A stretch of 64,000 nucleotides of DNA from Cyanidioschyzon merolae (lineage: Eukaryota), in NCBI GenBank assembly GCA_000091205.1, contig AP006490.2. One strand, 5' to 3'. The translations under genes and the position numbers were made by a program. Below the pieces are notes generated by a model, which searched no databases, was not told the origin of the DNA, and was given only the letters and a program-made list of their open reading frames with translations. Below are positions 1 to 11,229 of the stretch, in pieces (the first letter of the stretch is position 1; every line of letters begins with the position of its first letter).

Positions 1-470
1 GTATGTGACAATCCTCTATGGATTTGATCTCCGAAAACGGCGATGCATCACAAGCGACTGGTGGACGATTCTCTGCCTCCTCGCTAAAGAGTCGCGCGAC
101 TCGGGCGAGAGAAGCGCTCGATGCGACTTGCAGCTGCTGACCGTGACCCGTTGAGAAACCAGTTGCAGCGGCTGTAGCTCGATGTGATGCAGCTCGGGCA
201 TCCTTGTCTGCGCCACCTGGAGCGGGATCTTCATGAAAGAGTCGCGCGACTCGGGCGAGAGAAGCGCTCGATGCGACTTGCAGCTGCTGACCGTGACCCG
301 TTGAGAAACCAGTTGCAGCGGCTGTAGCTCGATGTGATGCAGCTCGGGCATCCTTGTCTGCGCCACCTGGAGCGGGATCTTCATGAAAGAGTCGCGCGAC
401 TCGGGCGAGAGAAGCGCTCGATGCGACTCGCAGCTGCTGACCGTGACCCGTTGAGAAACCAGTCCTCATT
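1..470. repeat. Tandem repeat with a 150-bp unit, about 3 copies, truncated by the window start
   Basis: The string 'agagtcgcgcgactcgggcgagagaagcgctcgatgcgac' recurs at positions 88, 238 and 388. Copies are near-identical and end around position 470. Because the unit is a multiple of 3, the array produces in-frame repeat ORFs (16..384 -). Confidence 0.85.
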
Positions 471-1277
471 GCAGACTTTGCTTTGTCAAAGTTCATTGCC
501 TCTGCCCGTGTCCCCATGTGCTGTAAATCACCGACACGTTCGACTCCGGTTGCTTCTGTTGATCGGGTAAACACGCGCAACAGTTTCTCATTAGCAGGGC
601 ACGTACCCGTCGCTTTGTCATCGATGCGAGCGCGCCCTGGAGACGCGTTCGGTGCGTGAACTAGCGATAATGCTGCACAACCAGCACCATATCGTTCCTT
701 ATCTCCTAAGGGTGTGTCAAAAATAGCACTAGTTTCTAGGAACCTGGTCGGTTTTCTACCAAACGCGACATCCGCTGTACTGCCTTCATTATCGGATACT
801 TGCGACTTGAAGTCACAGTGGTTGGGTTCCACGTTCCAGCTGTGTATTCCTTCGTGTCGGAGATCAGCGTCGCTCCGACCGAGTTCCTGCGTTATGCTCG
901 TCGGTGTGCAGGTATCTACGCGGTCGACGATAAGCGACTGGGGCGGGTTTTCCATAGGCGCCGACCCAGCCCCCGTTTGCGCCGCTGCGTGCGGGAAACG
1001 GCTATGTTCTCCCAAGGCGACAAGATAGCAAGCCAACAAACCACTATTCAGGGCACTTTCGCTCTTCTTGAGACGTTCCGCTCGAGTCTCACACCGCAGT
1101 CGAAGCAGACAACCGACGTTCTGCTGGCCTTCAGCGCGACACACCGTTTCTCAGCCACGGGGATTCGAACGAGAGCGCCGAGCGCCAGGCGTAGCGCGGG
1201 GGTGGCCCTGGGCGCCGCACACGCATCGGCATGCATTCTGAATGGGCAGAATTATATAATAATGATTCATAAGGTGC

Positions 1278-2210
1278 ATGATGCATGCATGCCCCATTCT
1301 GATCACGACTCGTCTACGGACGCCACAACATGAAAACATCATCGATTCATATGATCCTTGCAATAGGCAGTGTGCGTACCCTATGGCGTTCTACAGCTCT
1401 TTATCGCGTCCGCATTGGTATCGACTACTACGGGTGCAGGTGCTGAGGCTTTCGATCGAAAATCGACAGGAAACGTGCAGGTTGGCGTTTCATGAGCAGA
1501 AAAGGAACTGGCGGCAGTTTGCGTCTGCAAACGGCAATGCTGCTGGTGCTGCTGACGGGAACGCTGTACCCAACGTAGAGCCTTCGGGAACGGAGCAGAG
1601 CTCGAAGGAACCTAATGATCTTTGTACGCTAGAATCTCAGAGGAAAGCGGTTCTAGATCGGATGATTCGTGTAGATCACGCAGGCGAGATCGGTGCTCGC
1701 CGCATCTACGACGGGCAGTTACGCGTCCTCGGAGGTACGCCCGCAGCCCCAATCATACACCACATGGCGGAGCAGGAACGACGGCACGCAGAAGTCTTCG
1801 ATGAGCTCGTAAAGCGGTACCGGGTGCGGCCGACAGCGCTACTACCGCTTTGGAACTTGGCCGGCTTCTTACTGGGTGCTGGTACAGCGTTATTGGGGCG
1901 CGAGTCCGCCATGGCCTGCACCGTTGCCGTCGAAGAGGTCGTGGCACAACACTACGATGATCAGCTGCGGGAGCTCATTGCTTTGGAGAAACAGCACGCC
2001 TCGGTAGACGGAGATGTTGGACCCGCAGGAGCAGCCAAATCGCCTGAAGCGCAGCTGCGTCACTACATCCGACAGTTTCGTGACGAGGAGCTAGAACACA
2101 AGGATACTGGTCTGGAACACGGCGCCGAGCTGGCTCCGGCATATCGTTTACTTTCTTTCGCTGTGCGAACAGCATGCCGCGCAGCTATATTCGTTAGCGA
2201 ACGGATCTAA
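1278..2210 (+). CDS. COQ7: 5-demethoxyubiquinone hydroxylase COQ7 (ubiquinone biosynthesis di-iron monooxygenase)
   Basis: The product contains 'VDHAGEIGARRIYDGQ' and the di-iron E..H ligand motifs 'AEQERRHAEVF', 'EEVVAQHYDDQ' and 'DEELEHKD' typical of COQ7/CLK-1. The N-terminal roughly 100 aa are not conserved and are presumably a mitochondrial presequence, so the true start may be the internal Met near 1383. Confidence 0.8.
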   Translation: MMHACPILITTRLRTPQHENIIDSYDPCNRQCAYPMAFYSSLSRPHWYRLLRVQVLRLSIENRQETCRLAFHEQKRNWRQFASANGNAAGAADGNAVPNVEPSGTEQSSKEPNDLCTLESQRKAVLDRMIRVDHAGEIGARRIYDGQLRVLGGTPAAPIIHHMAEQERRHAEVFDELVKRYRVRPTALLPLWNLAGFLLGAGTALLGRESAMACTVAVEEVVAQHYDDQLRELIALEKQHASVDGDVGPAGAAKSPEAQLRHYIRQFRDEELEHKDTGLEHGAELAPAYRLLSFAVRTACRAAIFVSERI

Positions 2211-2454
2211 GTACGAAGCGTGTTTCACCAATGCGGGGGCGTGTCGGTCTCGCATGGAGCGCGAGCTGAAGTGCGACTGAGCTCCATGTTTTGACGAAAG
2301 ACCCAGACACGACCGCACGGACTTTATTGTGCATGAGACCCAAACTCACGGCTGTACCGACGTTAACCGCGTGTTCTTTGGAGAGTCACGTTGCACGGAG
2401 CGGAGATGCTGCATGGGCTAGCCAGCCGTCTTTATAGCCTTTTATTTCGGTTGT

Positions 2455-3062
2455 GTTTCACACCCAGGTGCGAGCAATGAAATGCGATTTCGCGGTTCAT
2501 AGCAGGTACGTTCCAAGTGCGTTCTTTTTCAAGAATAAAAAATCCAAGGGAGAGGTATGCGCATGGAATCGGGGATCTTAGAGGCCTGTCAGCATCGGGT
2601 GACTGAAAAAAGACGAGGAAAAAATCCTCGTCTTGCCGCGCATTGCGCAAGGAAGAGCAAATACGGAAGAAGAAGAGTGGTGATAGTCGAGAAACGGAAT
2701 TCGCCCGACGCTACGTTGCCGAGACTCTAGTGGAAGACAAAGCACGAGTGCTAGCCATTTTCGCAATGGTGCGTTCCACCTGCGTCAATGCATGCAAGGA
2801 GTTCATCAATCGACACTTCAGTGGCACCATCAACATAAGACGATGTGTCGTGCTGAAGACGGGACACGAGAAGCTGATGTGATACAACTTCGTTGGACAG
2901 CCTCTCAGTCTCGAAGCATGCCTGGATAAACTGAAGCCGATAGCAGGCCGCTGGTCAAAATAGGCTGGGAGGCGTCACTGGATGGTTATCGGTTTACCGT
3001 CCATGGTCGTGGGTCAGTTTTTTTGTTTCATCGACATGTACATATAATCTGCATGCAGTATC
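2455..3062 (+). repeat. Dispersed element family 1, copy A (about 600 bp)
   Basis: Copy A aligns over its whole length at about 70% identity with 15168..15745 (+) and with the reverse complement of 38225..38825. Shared blocks include 'aataaaaaatccaaggga', 'ggaattcgcccgacg / ggcattcgcctgacg', 'cagcctctcag...ctgcctggataaac', 'ccatggtcgtggg...tttttgtttcat.gacatgtacatat'. Confidence 0.8.
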
Positions 3063-3518
3063 TGCTGCACCAGACAGATCATCAAGCGAACAGTGGCAGA
3101 TAAATCACTGCTGGACACTCGTGCGAGATTTTGGGGAATATCGGCAACATGCACGTTGCCATGGAAAGGACCTCCCATCATCGGAACTGAAAGACATAGA
3201 AACGCGCCTCAGAAGAACCCTAGACTACCATTTCCGTCTCGGTTTGTAGCCAGACGAACGGTACTTGGTATCATCTCTTCACCGTTACGGAATGGCAATC
3301 CCTATCGCCCAAGCGCTATCCACAAATATGTGTCTCGATCAGCGCCACCGCATCCGCGTGGTTCTTTAGTTCGCTTCTGGTGCCGACTTCTGTCAGTGCG
3401 GCGCCCGAAGAGACTTGATGCATTGTCCACGACCTAAAGGCGTCCGAATCATCGTAGCGACTGACCCAGAATACGACGTCATCGATCTGAGCGTGCAACA
3501 TGTGGTGCAAAATTCGCA

Positions 3519-4502
3519 GTGGAGTTTTCGCATCTGATCCATGCACGTTGTTCCAGCGCACCGTTTGAGACCCCGAACTACACTTACTGTGTGACGTACC
3601 TGATCCACAACACGGAACGAACGCCTATGACCGGCTCTAGGGGTCCCAAAATGCACAAATCTCCAGAACCAGAGGCAGTGCGTTCCATTCTGTGTGAAGA
3701 GGAAGCCGTCTCTCCTGCACGGGATGGAGGCACGAGAGTGCGAGCACCCGCACGCTCATCAGCCGCAGAATCCCATATTGAGCACTGGTCTAGGAAGAGC
3801 GCCGCTTCTATGTGGTCCAGATATGCGCTGAGAAGCACGACACTGAAAATGTACGCGCAGATCCTCGATCAAGGTTGGAACGAGGTTCACCGCGACACTG
3901 CGCATCTACTTGGTGTCGAACGGACATCGCGTGCGAACATCCCTCGGACAGCGTCTCTATCAAAGTCAGCGATCCATTGTGTCTATACAGTTAAGAGCCC
4001 TGTCGTAGCAAGTTCAAGTGGTGCCGCATATCCATTCTTCGCAGAGCACGGAGTTGATCTGTTTAGCAGCAAGGCAGCTGGCGAGACGCAGAGCCTCCCA
4101 GGCACCTGTTCTCTGATTCACGGATACTATACCGAATCTATTTTGAGCGCCGGATGCAGACAAGGTACATATCGTTGGAACGCGAACCATCGACCGGAAA
4201 CGCGACGCGCAAAGTGGCACCAAGCCTGCCCTCGTCTGAAGCGAGGCTCACAAATGCCTTGGAACTGCGGCATCGAAACCATCTACCCACACCTGTCCCG
4301 TATCAAGATCGAAAACACCCTTGAAACCCTTGTCTGTCAAGGGTGCATGCCGGATCCGACCAACTGCCATGTGAGTAGGTCAGTGCATCGCGTCTGTGGT
4401 GAAGAGAGCGTACGGAGGCGTGTAGCGGGCTGGGCGCTCCCCCAGGAGCCATGGCGATATCGGGAGCATCGCGCTTTCAGCATCTCGACGGAAGGGTTGT
4501 AG
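3519..4502 (+). CDS. Hypothetical protein, 327 aa, no recognisable domain
   Basis: A long ORF sits in otherwise gene-free space between family-1 copy A and the Raptor gene. Third-position codon composition is similar to neighbouring genes, but there is no homology signal, and in GC-rich DNA it could be spurious. Confidence 0.2.
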   Translation: MEFSHLIHARCSSAPFETPNYTYCVTYLIHNTERTPMTGSRGPKMHKSPEPEAVRSILCEEEAVSPARDGGTRVRAPARSSAAESHIEHWSRKSAASMWSRYALRSTTLKMYAQILDQGWNEVHRDTAHLLGVERTSRANIPRTASLSKSAIHCVYTVKSPVVASSSGAAYPFFAEHGVDLFSSKAAGETQSLPGTCSLIHGYYTESILSAGCRQGTYRWNANHRPETRRAKWHQACPRLKRGSQMPWNCGIETIYPHLSRIKIENTLETLVCQGCMPDPTNCHVSRSVHRVCGEESVRRRVAGWALPQEPWRYREHRAFSISTEGL

Positions 4503-5311
4503 AGAGCTGCCACCGTCCGCTCTAAAGCGTAGATCTTTCTCAACTTCTTCTGGAGCAACGCTCTACAATTTTCTGTGCTGTCTGGAACGAAGATCCATAC
4601 TGCAATCGTCTAGCACGTGCGCTCCGCTCGGGTTGCCGGCAGGTGCATGCACGAGTCTCCATTAGCTGTGCCCCTGTGCTTTGTCATAACGCTATATATG
4701 TACTTTCCCAGTCTGTACAGCGTCGGAGCTACCGCGAATTCGAGTGTAACCGCCAGAGACGCGCAGTTTCGCTCAGTGGCAACGAATAGCTCCTGCCGCG
4801 CAATCTTACCTCTTTTCCCGAGGAATCAGTAGGTACTGCTTCCCGAACTGCTCCTCTGGTTCACATCCCTGTTTTGAGGCGTCAAGGCCCTGCGATTCGC
4901 AAGGCAGTAGCGCCCCCGTCCGTTGCAGAGCTCCACTGGACTGGGTGTACCCAGCGCTTCGGCCTGAAGGCAGATAACTCGACACGTCGGCCTCGTACAG
5001 CGGCCCTGTAGCGCTTATGCACTGCTTAAACCCAGTGGACTGGAGTTATCCAACTCTGACTCCAGAAAGAAGAACAACACTTTACCAGTTGGCGGTAAAA
5101 CAAAAGCCACTCCTGGAACGCTTTTCGGGCAACGATCGCCTGTGCAGCGCGTCAACGCGAACTCGTTGCCGTTTCCCCAGACTGGAGCGCCTTTCCTGCG
5201 TCGTGCGTTGCTAGCTACGAGTCAAGTCGGCACAAAGCCGGACTTTAGCAGAGGTAGTGGTCCAGTCTAGCACGTACGTCGCTATGGCCGTCTTTTTCCA
5301 GGGCAGCAACA

Positions 5312-8300
5312 GTGGCTTCAGTAGCGGTACCGTCTTTTGAGTGTGTAGAGGTCCTCAGCATGCCTTCGTTGGTGTCACGCGTCTCGAGGCTTCCAGTCGA
5401 AAACGACGACGAGCACTTGACGGACGCTAGCAACGATGATGCGCTTACAAATGAAACAAAAAGCGAGTACTCCGAAGCTCTCTCGACAGCTATGAGTGCA
5501 TCTTTGAGTCTCGATACAACCAAGGAGCTTCCCGTGGTGTACGCAGAGCCGTACCGCGCTATGCTCGTGGATCAGTTGCTTCTCGAGTCGACGCGGACCC
5601 GGTCGACTTCCGTCAGCTTCACGAGAGGGATAGGCGCTGAGCTGGACGATTCTATGGGCAACCAAAACGGATCCGTTTGCGAACTTGCAGCGCAGCCGGA
5701 AACCAACCTCACACCGAGCGGCACACCGAACTTGGCCGGCAGTTGGCAACGCCCTAGCCGCTTTGAGACACCGCACGGCTCGTTGGACACCATTGTTCAC
5801 TATTTGGAGAATGTCCGCCAAGATATTCGCGCAGAAAACATATCAGAAAAGTACGTTCCCGGGACGCCAGCGGCAACACTCGAGGTACTGGACCCCACCC
5901 AGATTCTCAAGTCCTGGCGAGTTCGAGATCGATTCAAGACAGCAGCAGTCGCGTTGGTGCTCTGCCTCAATGTAGGCGTGGATCCACCTGATGTCATCAA
6001 ACCGACACCATGTGCTCGGGTCGAGTGCTGGATCGACCCCTTCAGTATGTCACCGCAGAAAGCATTGGACTCGATCGGCAAAGCGCTGCAGCTACAATAC
6101 GAACGATGGCAACCACGTGCTCGGTATCGGGTGCTCACAGATCCGGTCGCGGATGAGGTCAAGAAACTCTGCCTAGGTCTACGTCGAACTGCGCGTGAGG
6201 AGCGGGTGCTGTTCCACTTCAACGGCCACGGGGTACCGAGACCAACCGCCAACGGCGAGATCTGGGTCTTCAATAGAAACTATACGCAGTACATCCCGCT
6301 GAGCCTCTATGACTTGCAGAGTTGGCTGGGAGCTCCAGCGGTCTATGTTTTTGATTGTCCTGCTGCTGGACTGGCGATACGTGCCTACCTCCAGTTTGCC
6401 GAGCAGCGCGAGCATGAACAGCCGTACCAGCAGCACCAGACGGGAGCGTCGCATCCCCATATGGGTGCAGAGGACGTTCCAGTGCAGAGTGCCGCGTTGG
6501 CTAGTAGTAGTAGCGGCGGCGGCGCCAACGCTCGAACAAGTCGTGCTAGTTTGGCAGGCGAGTCACTCGCAGCGGGTGAACGTGCGGCAGCTGCTTCCAG
6601 CGCATCGAGCTATGCCTCCTTCGTGCGTGACTCGTTCCTGCTGGGCGCTTGCCAGGCCGATGAATCGTTACCGACTACCCCGGACTTGCCGGCGGATTTG
6701 TTCACAGCCTGCTTGACGACGCCCATCAAGATTGCACTGCGGTGGCAGGCACTGCGCTCTGCAGGGAGAAGCATCACGATGGACATGATTGATCGCATAC
6801 CTGGACGTTTGAATGATCGAAAAACCATGCTCGGTGAGTTGAACTGGATCTTCACGGCGGTTACCGACACGATAGCGTGGAACACATTCCCACGAGCAAC
6901 GTTCAAGCGACTCTATCGCCAGGATCTGCTGGTTGCGAGCCTTTTCCGCAATTTCCTTCTGGCTGATCGCTTAATGCGGCAGTTTAACTGTACACCGGTG
7001 AGCTATCCCCCGTTACAGGCAACACATCAGCACCCGCTTTGGCAGGCCTGGGATCATGCTGTCGAAGAGTGCTTCGCACGGTTGCCGTCCTTGTTGCAGC
7101 AGGACGCATCGGAAGGTCGCGTTTCGGGAACGGGAGCAACAACTTGCCTGGCAATGCGCACCGTGGCTGCCGCTGGTGCTGGACGAATGGCAACTGCTGG
7201 TCCGTTGCTGAACAACGCGAACCCGCTCCACCAGGGTTACGGCGGCATGGGAGGCGTCGCCGTCCCTGCTGCTGCTGCTGCTGCTGCGAATACGACAGTA
7301 GCGCAGGCGCCTATCCACTTGCTTCCTAATGCACCGACGGATCCTGGCGCTCCACTGACCGCGGCGAATCATCTGATGCGTCCAGAGCCGCGTGGGAATC
7401 TGGAAGTGCTCCACGACCTCTACGACTATCGTGAGGCCGGCACCACCTCGTGCCGAACGCACGACACAGTGCAAGCGCAGACACACCATGTCGGAGGAAT
7501 GCATCGAGTGCAGGGGCCTGGTGTCACCAATCCAGCGGCACAGCCGACGCTGGACCTCTCGGCAGCGACTGGAGCCGGATCGAACGAGACGGGTTTGACG
7601 GCCCCGCTGTACGCTCACTCGCCCAGCGAAGGAGACGTATCGCTGCCGAGTCCGTTCTTTGAGAACCAGATGGCTGCGTTCGAGGTGTGGTTGGACTTGC
7701 CCGCACATCGACGAAGTCCTCCAGAGCAGCTACCAATCGTCCTGCAGGTGCTCTTGTCACAGGCGCATCGTCTACGTGCGCTTCAGCTTCTCTCTCGCTT
7801 CCTGGATACCGGCCCCTGGGCCGTTGACCTGGCGCTCTCGGTAGGCATCTTTCCGTACGTCTTGCGGCTACTCCAGAGTCCAGCTGCAGAGCTTCGCGCG
7901 GAGCTCGTGTTCATCTGGGCGAAGATCTTGGCCGTTGATCCGGCGTGCACAGAGGAACTATTCAAAGAGAGTGGCGAGCGTTACTTTCTCACCAGCTACG
8001 CTGCTGAGGACGCGAGCGCTGTGCACCTGGCTTGTGCGGCCTTCGTGCTCTGCCATGTGTTGAACAAAGCCGTGGACGCATTCGGGGATGCGAATCTCCT
8101 CGCACTCTTCCTTCAGCGCCTGGAGCATGCCTCTGAACCGGTCCGCCGCTGGACGCTCTTCTGCCTAACAGCCTGGATGGAGTCAAGTCGAAAAGTGCCT
8201 TCCACGGGGACCGTCTCGACAGTACTGGAGCTGTTGCGCACGGACCTGTCGCCCAAGGTGCGCGCTGCCGCAGCACAGACGCTAGCAACGATGTTGCGCT

Positions 8301-10618
8301 TCGATTATTGCACCGCTGATATCATCGAGGCGTTCCAGCAGAGCGCATTGAATGAAGTATCTGCAGTGGTGAGAAAGGAGATAGCGCTGGTGACACTGGC
8401 TGCGAACCGGCCGGCACAGACAGTGCTGGTGCGTGACCCACACCCCGTTGTTGCCGCTCTCGCGGAGCACTTTGGGGCAACGCTAGCGGATGCGGGCGCT
8501 GAAACCGCCCCAGTGCACGTGCCAGGATCGCCTCCGAGAGCTGCCCAGATGCCGGCGGCGGCAGCAGCAGCAGCAGCAGCAGCAGCCGATAACGATATTG
8601 ACGACGATGAAGAAGACGCAACAAACGCGGGCGCATCCCAAGTGCCTGCAGTTTCCGAACGATGGACCGCTAGCCGGCCGCCTGAGGCCATGCAGTTGCG
8701 ACCTGCATCCGCGACGGGCACGTCCTCGAGTGATCCAGTGCAACAGCAGCAACAGCAGCAGCATGGACCGAGGCAAATCCTGCGACGTGCCTCGGCCTCG
8801 TGGAGCAACCTAAGGCGATACGCGTGGAGCAGTACTACTGCTGCGGCTGCGGCTGCTACTGCGCTTGCCGCGGAAGCACCGCGCACGACCGGCGACCGCT
8901 CACAAACGTCGTCAGCATTTCCAACGGACGCTCACACTGAAGCAGCCAAAGCCCAGAAGCACATCATGGGCGAAAGAGGTTCCAGTGACGCGGAAACTCG
9001 TACCAGCACCGCAATAGCCGTTCGACTGGCACGTCCACAGAGTCAACCCGAGTTGCGTGCCGCAGCGACCCTGGAGCTGGAGGAGCGTCGTGCGAGTCGC
9101 AGTCGCCACGGTCGACTCGATACTTACCAGCCTCGCGATTTGTTTCGATTCCCGCATGAGGCGTTTACGTTCTCCCGTCGACGTCGCATGATGCATATTC
9201 GCGACTACAGCTACCAGGAAGTGCTGCAGAGCCAGACCCGAGAGCGATGGTCAGGTCACGAGCCCATGGAACCAACCCGGTTGCAGCAGCGGATGGAACG
9301 GCGCTCAGAGGCTGCCGCTGCCGCCGCTGCCTTGACGCGGCTCAGAGAGCGCTGGGTTACGCGTTTGCAGGCAGAGCAGATTTCGGCATTGTGCTTCCAT
9401 CCGTCTCAGCAGCTCGTGCTATCCGGCGATGCCTCTGGCAATGTCGTAGCACTGCAGCAGGAAAACGGTGAACGCTGCTGGCGCCTTGGGGTTGGGTCGA
9501 ACGCCAGCGCTATTGCCGCGCTGCGTGTGGTGAATGCACACACGACCTGGCCTCTGCTGCTCGTTGCGACTGCCGACGGGATTGTACGCTTCTATGAGTC
9601 ACAACAGCAGGTGTTGGCAGCGTTCTCCGCAATATCACAAGCGAGTCGAATGCCTGGCATGACGGACGCGACTCCTGCTAGCCCAGGTACGACAAGCAGG
9701 CGGGTATCTGCGACAACACCGGGTGCCAGCACGCCTCGTGATCGGGAACTCGTATGCTGCACCACCACCACCACCACCACTGCGTATTCGAACACTGCGG
9801 GATCGAGACAATGTCGGTCACCGTCAGCACCAGCGATATCACAGACGCCAAACGCGAACTCGCATGCAACGATGCCTGCAGATGTAGCGGGTCTTGCTTC
9901 TCCTCCATGGCGGGTGTCATCGGCGGGAGGTGCTGGAGAAGCAGCAGCGCTTTCGCCGGTAGATCGAGCGAGATACGACGAAAGCATGGCAACTGGTCGA
10001 GCGTTTGTCTGTGACTGGAGCCCCTGGCACGGTTGGCTGCTAACCGGCGGCCTCGAGCAGGGCACCATTCGACTCTTTGACGCGGAACGCGAGATGTGTA
10101 TCTGGAGCTGTATTGCCTCGTCGTATCGAGTGACGGCGGTAGCGCACCTGGGATCCAGCCTCTTCGCGGCAGGCTGTGCGGATGGTAGTGTCTACACATA
10201 CGATACGCGCACGGGAGCGATTGAAACGGAACTCTTGGAGCACTCCAGTCCGGTTATATCCATTGCCGGTCGATGGAGTCCGACGCCCGCCCTGGTGACT
10301 GCCGCTGCCGCCGGTGACATTCGTGTCTGGCCCTTGGCCGCTGCCTCCAGTTCGGTGTGTGTGGTTGCTCATCGACGCGATCTGACGGCAGCAGCTGCGC
10401 ATCAGGGGATGCCCTGGATCGCCACTGGTTGTGCAAGTCGCTGTATCAAACTCTTTGGCGAACAGGGTCAGTTGTTGCAGTTGATTCGGCACCATGATGG
10501 AGCCGAGAATCCTCGTATTGGTTCGATTAGTTGCCTCGAGTTCGCAGCGCAGGATCTGATGCTAGCAGCCGGAGATGTCGACTCGTCGGTGACACTGTAC
10601 ACCGCAAGCAGCAACTAG
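5312..10618 (+). CDS. RPTOR: Regulatory-associated protein of TOR (Raptor), 1768 aa: N-terminal caspase-like RNC domain, HEAT repeats, C-terminal WD40
   Basis: There is a near-colinear match to the Raptor RNC core: 'TAAVALVLCLNVGVDPPDVIKPTPCARVECWIDPFSMSPQKALDSIG', 'QYERWQPRARYR', 'EVKKLCLGLRRTAREERVLFHFNGHGVPRPTANGEIWVFNRNYTQYIPLSLYDLQSWLGAPAVYVFDCPAAG'. A C-terminal WD40 block is also present. A roughly 450-aa low-complexity insertion (polyA, polyQ) lies between the HEAT and WD40 regions. Confidence 0.93.
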   Translation: MASVAVPSFECVEVLSMPSLVSRVSRLPVENDDEHLTDASNDDALTNETKSEYSEALSTAMSASLSLDTTKELPVVYAEPYRAMLVDQLLLESTRTRSTSVSFTRGIGAELDDSMGNQNGSVCELAAQPETNLTPSGTPNLAGSWQRPSRFETPHGSLDTIVHYLENVRQDIRAENISEKYVPGTPAATLEVLDPTQILKSWRVRDRFKTAAVALVLCLNVGVDPPDVIKPTPCARVECWIDPFSMSPQKALDSIGKALQLQYERWQPRARYRVLTDPVADEVKKLCLGLRRTAREERVLFHFNGHGVPRPTANGEIWVFNRNYTQYIPLSLYDLQSWLGAPAVYVFDCPAAGLAIRAYLQFAEQREHEQPYQQHQTGASHPHMGAEDVPVQSAALASSSSGGGANARTSRASLAGESLAAGERAAAASSASSYASFVRDSFLLGACQADESLPTTPDLPADLFTACLTTPIKIALRWQALRSAGRSITMDMIDRIPGRLNDRKTMLGELNWIFTAVTDTIAWNTFPRATFKRLYRQDLLVASLFRNFLLADRLMRQFNCTPVSYPPLQATHQHPLWQAWDHAVEECFARLPSLLQQDASEGRVSGTGATTCLAMRTVAAAGAGRMATAGPLLNNANPLHQGYGGMGGVAVPAAAAAAANTTVAQAPIHLLPNAPTDPGAPLTAANHLMRPEPRGNLEVLHDLYDYREAGTTSCRTHDTVQAQTHHVGGMHRVQGPGVTNPAAQPTLDLSAATGAGSNETGLTAPLYAHSPSEGDVSLPSPFFENQMAAFEVWLDLPAHRRSPPEQLPIVLQVLLSQAHRLRALQLLSRFLDTGPWAVDLALSVGIFPYVLRLLQSPAAELRAELVFIWAKILAVDPACTEELFKESGERYFLTSYAAEDASAVHLACAAFVLCHVLNKAVDAFGDANLLALFLQRLEHASEPVRRWTLFCLTAWMESSRKVPSTGTVSTVLELLRTDLSPKVRAAAAQTLATMLRFDYCTADIIEAFQQSALNEVSAVVRKEIALVTLAANRPAQTVLVRDPHPVVAALAEHFGATLADAGAETAPVHVPGSPPRAAQMPAAAAAAAAAAADNDIDDDEEDATNAGASQVPAVSERWTASRPPEAMQLRPASATGTSSSDPVQQQQQQQHGPRQILRRASASWSNLRRYAWSSTTAAAAAATALAAEAPRTTGDRSQTSSAFPTDAHTEAAKAQKHIMGERGSSDAETRTSTAIAVRLARPQSQPELRAAATLELEERRASRSRHGRLDTYQPRDLFRFPHEAFTFSRRRRMMHIRDYSYQEVLQSQTRERWSGHEPMEPTRLQQRMERRSEAAAAAAALTRLRERWVTRLQAEQISALCFHPSQQLVLSGDASGNVVALQQENGERCWRLGVGSNASAIAALRVVNAHTTWPLLLVATADGIVRFYESQQQVLAAFSAISQASRMPGMTDATPASPGTTSRRVSATTPGASTPRDRELVCCTTTTTTTAYSNTAGSRQCRSPSAPAISQTPNANSHATMPADVAGLASPPWRVSSAGGAGEAAALSPVDRARYDESMATGRAFVCDWSPWHGWLLTGGLEQGTIRLFDAEREMCIWSCIASSYRVTAVAHLGSSLFAAGCADGSVYTYDTRTGAIETELLEHSSPVISIAGRWSPTPALVTAAAAGDIRVWPLAAASSSVCVVAHRRDLTAAAAHQGMPWIATGCASRCIKLFGEQGQLLQLIRHHDGAENPRIGSISCLEFAAQDLMLAAGDVDSSVTLYTASSN

Positions 10619-11229
10619 CTGGTACCGATGCAAACGTGTCTCTGGATGGATCTGGATCCTGGCTTGCTCTGTTCTGAAGCGCTGCTGTTTCAGCTCGTGT
10701 GACGCGGTGTAAGCGGGTGCTGGTCCTTGGAGATGACGCGTTGGAGGCTGTGGATCAGGGTCCAGGGCTGCTCTGGCATACTTTGCTGTCGGTGCCGTTG
10801 CCGCTGTTTTTGCAGGTAACCAATGGATGCCCCGGATATAGAAACCAGCAGCAGGTATAGTCGTAGGTTTGCTTCATTTGATACTGCTTCACGCGTTTGG
10901 CTCCCCCGTTGACTCGACCATGTCTCTGGGGAGGTCGCTTGCTCGCCTCACTTCATCATCATCCTCATCATCAACCAGTCTAGACTAGACCACGGGATTA
11001 TCCGCGTGCAATACAGTCTGAAACTCGTTGTACCGCGTTCGGTTTTCTGGCGACAAGCATGCTGTTCGCTTGACGTTCCAGCGTTGCATCGGGTACCATG
11101 CCGTGCAACGACTTCATTACAGTGCTCACTCGCAAATGCGCACTTGCGGATTCCACCGCAACACAGACACTGGTCGCATCTCCTCGATGGATCGTTCAAA
11201 TTGCTGCGTCGCGCACCGCAGGGACTCAC

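Noticed and set aside
16-384. 122-aa minus-strand ORF with an internal 50-aa duplication
   Set aside because: It is a product of the 150-bp tandem repeat at the window edge, not an independent gene.
1140-1215. A 'gggattcgaac' string resembling the reverse complement of a tRNA T-loop
   Set aside because: The flanking bases do not form a T-stem or any cloverleaf arms. No tRNA could be folded here or elsewhere in the window.
5375-10495. Numerous 100-230-aa ORFs antisense to, or out of frame within, Raptor, RPB2 (for example 27916..28749, 28794..29315), eIF3c (for example 49118..50269, 383 aa), the coiled-coil gene (11098..11748) and others
   Set aside because: High GC content depletes stop codons, so long antisense ORFs are expected. 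None has a recognisable domain, and each lies entirely within a well-supported conserved gene.
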